From Mobula hypostoma (lineage: Eukaryota): a DNA stretch of 64,000 nucleotides. Shown piece by piece: positions 61,691 to 64,000 of the stretch. The stretch spans positions 94,490,001 to 94,554,000 of the forward strand of contig NC_086097.1 of the NCBI RefSeq assembly GCF_963921235.1, read 5' to 3'. The notes beneath the pieces are model-generated. The model searched no databases. It saw nothing but the letters and a program-made list of their open reading frames with translations, and was not told where the DNA came from. The translations under genes and the position numbers were made by a program. Each line of letters begins with the position of its first letter. Position 1 is the stretch's first letter.

Positions 61691-62445
61691 GAAAGTCAAA
61701 CCAGAGTAGGACTTACATTATAAATGGTAGGGTACTAGGGACTGCAGTGGAACAGGGGGAGCTGAGAGTACAAGTGCAAAGATCATTGAAACATATCACA
61801 GGAGGGCAGGGTGGTGAAAAAAGGCCTTTAGCAGGCTGACCTTCTTCAGTCAGCACATTGAGTATAGGAGGTGACATTCCATTGCAGATTCGTAAGTCAT
61901 GGAGTGATGCACTTGGAGTATTGTGTCCATGTTTGGTCACTCTGTTATAGGAAAGATGCAGGTAAACTGGAAAGAGTAGAGAATAGATTTATAGGACATG
62001 CCAGGACTATCGGGTCCGAGTTATTGGGAGAGCTTGGCCATGCTCGGTCTCAATTCCTTGGAAATTAGGAGAATAAAGGATGACCTTTATAGAAGCTTTT
62101 AAAATTGTGATAAGGTGGATGGCAACAGATCTTTCCCCTGGGTAAGGGAGGCCAGAGCTAGGGGAGATAGATTTAGGGTGAGAGGGGAAAGATTTAAAAG
62201 GGACCCGACGGGCAGTTTTTCATACAGCAGGCTGAGAGTGTATGAAATGAGCTGCCAGAAGAAATGTTGGAGGCAGATACAATAGAAAGACGTGAGAAGC
62301 ACTGGGAGAGGTAGAAGGAGGGCAGGGCTAGAGGGATATGGGTCAAATGCAGGACGTTCTGACCAGTTGGATGGGCAACAGAGTAAGCATGGACTTGTTG
62401 GGCTGAAGGGTCTGTATTTGTGCTGAATTGCTCTGTAACTCTGAA
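61690..62445 (+). mobile_element. Degenerate CR1 3' fragment
   Basis: Reads HLEYCVHVWSLCYRKDAGKLERV. Confidence 0.8.
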
Positions 62446-62988
62446 TGTGAACTCCAGGAGGGAGTTAACTCAGGGGGAGTTTGGAGTGTTGAACAACAGG
62501 GAGAGCAGTGGCTAGAAAGAGAGTTGTTAAACTTATGGAGTTTGGGATGGGGCAGCAGAGTCGATCAGTGCAGTAAAACTCTCCTGTTAACACACTGAGT
62601 TTTCCAATTTCAAACCACCCTTCCTTTCTATATTGTTCCTATTCACTATCCCTCTCCTTCCAATTCACCTCTGACCCTCTCATCCTTGTTCTCTTTCCCA
62701 TACCCCATCTCCACCCCCTTCAACCATTTCTATACCCCTCCTGGTTTAATCCACATTAAACCCACCAATCCCCTCACCTGTCCTTCATCTCTTCCCAAAT
62801 GGTTCCCATTGCTACCTTCCTTAGTTATCAGATTCCAGCACCGGTAACCCATGTGTTGTTTATCAACCTCCTGCCTCTGTCACTACCTTCTCCCTTCCCT
62901 CTGTCACCTGCCCATCATCCGCCACCCTCCTTCGTTCCAATAATCACCCTCTGGCCTGTCTCACTAATGAAGTCACCCTGTTGGCTTC

Positions 62989-62993
<5 letters not shown>

Positions 62994-63031
<38 letters not shown>

Positions 63032-63163
63032 TGTGCGTGAGAGAGAGAGAGAGAGAGAGAATGTGTGTGTGTGAATGTGTGTATGTGAGAATGTTGCGTG
63101 TGTGTTTGTGAGTGTGTGTGTGTGAATGTGTTTGTGTGTGTGAGTATGTATGTGAATGTGTGA

Positions 63164-63200
<37 letters not shown>

Positions 63201-63458
63201 GTCCCACACTTCTCTAGCTAGCCTCCTTCTGCATTCTTAGTCCTGATACAGGGTCTCAATCTGAAACATGAACAATTTCTTTCCCCCGGTAGATGCTGAT
63301 TGATCTGCTGAGTGGCCCGAGCAGATGATTGTTGATGGAAATTCAAGCCACTGTTGTTGGTTTCTTGTATCTGCTTCTCCCACAGGTTATTCCCAGCAGT
63401 GCTGAGTGCTGCCTGCCCCTAGGTGGCAGTGTTTATACTTCATGTGTGCATCTACATG

Positions 63459-63511
<53 letters not shown>

Positions 63512-63530
63512 GTGTGTGCATCTAAATGTC

Positions 63531-63569
<39 letters not shown>

Positions 63570-63591
63570 GTGTGAGCATCTACATGTCCGT

Positions 63592-63635
<44 letters not shown>

Positions 63636-63821
63636 ATCTACATGTCCGTGTGTGTGTTTGTGTGTGTGTGTTTGTGGGTGCATCTACATGTCCGTGTGTG
63701 TGTGTGTGTGTGTGTGCGTGTGTGCATCTACATGTCCGTGTGTGTGTGTGTGTGTGTGTGCATCTACATGTCCATCTGTGTGTGTGTGTGTGTGTGTGTG
63801 TGTGCATCTACATGTCCGTGT

Positions 63822-63856
<35 letters not shown>

Positions 63857-64000
63857 AGTGTGTGTGTGTGTGTGTGCATCTACATGTCCGTGTGTGTGTG
63901 TGTGTGTGTGTGCATCTACATGTCCGTGTGTGTGCGTGTGTGTGTGTGTGTGTGCGTGTGTGTGTGCATCTACATGTGCGTGTGTGTGCGTGTGTGTGTG
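62994..64000. repeat. (TG)n microsatellites; from about 63445 a composite of CATCTACATGTCC plus (GT)n
   Basis: Read directly from the sequence. Confidence 0.95.

Noticed and set aside
62799..63857. His/Thr and Cys/Val repeat ORFs
   Set aside because: They are (TG)n microsatellite translations.

Overview
Eukaryotic, repeat-dominated genomic DNA. The repeat families (CR1 LINEs, Rex1/Babar-type LINEs, GIY-YIG Penelope-like elements, V-SINE-like SINEs) suggest a cartilaginous fish; this is inferred from recognised families, not from a database search. I recognise no complete host protein-coding gene. A CpG-rich segment at about 7.3-8.1 kb carries a strong minus-strand splice donor and is probably the 5' end of a gene running leftwards out of the window. 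The rest is a nested mosaic of transposable elements. It includes many 5'-truncated CR1 and Rex1-type LINEs (two CR1 copies keep long open RT frames), two decayed Ty3/Gypsy LTR elements (Sushi-like at 15.2-18.7 kb, Mag/K02A2.6-like at 55.5-61.3 kb), Tigger/pogo and hAT non-autonomous DNA elements, and several mini- and microsatellites. The most notable structure is at 42.5-47.3 kb: an L2-type LINE with an SGNH-esterase ORF1 and an APE endonuclease whose RT domain is deleted in frame. Its 3' tail holds an inverted Penelope-like insertion with a 13-bp target-site duplication and a hammerhead-ribozyme-like motif in each arm. I found no convincing wholly novel biological system. Boundaries of decayed repeats are approximate.
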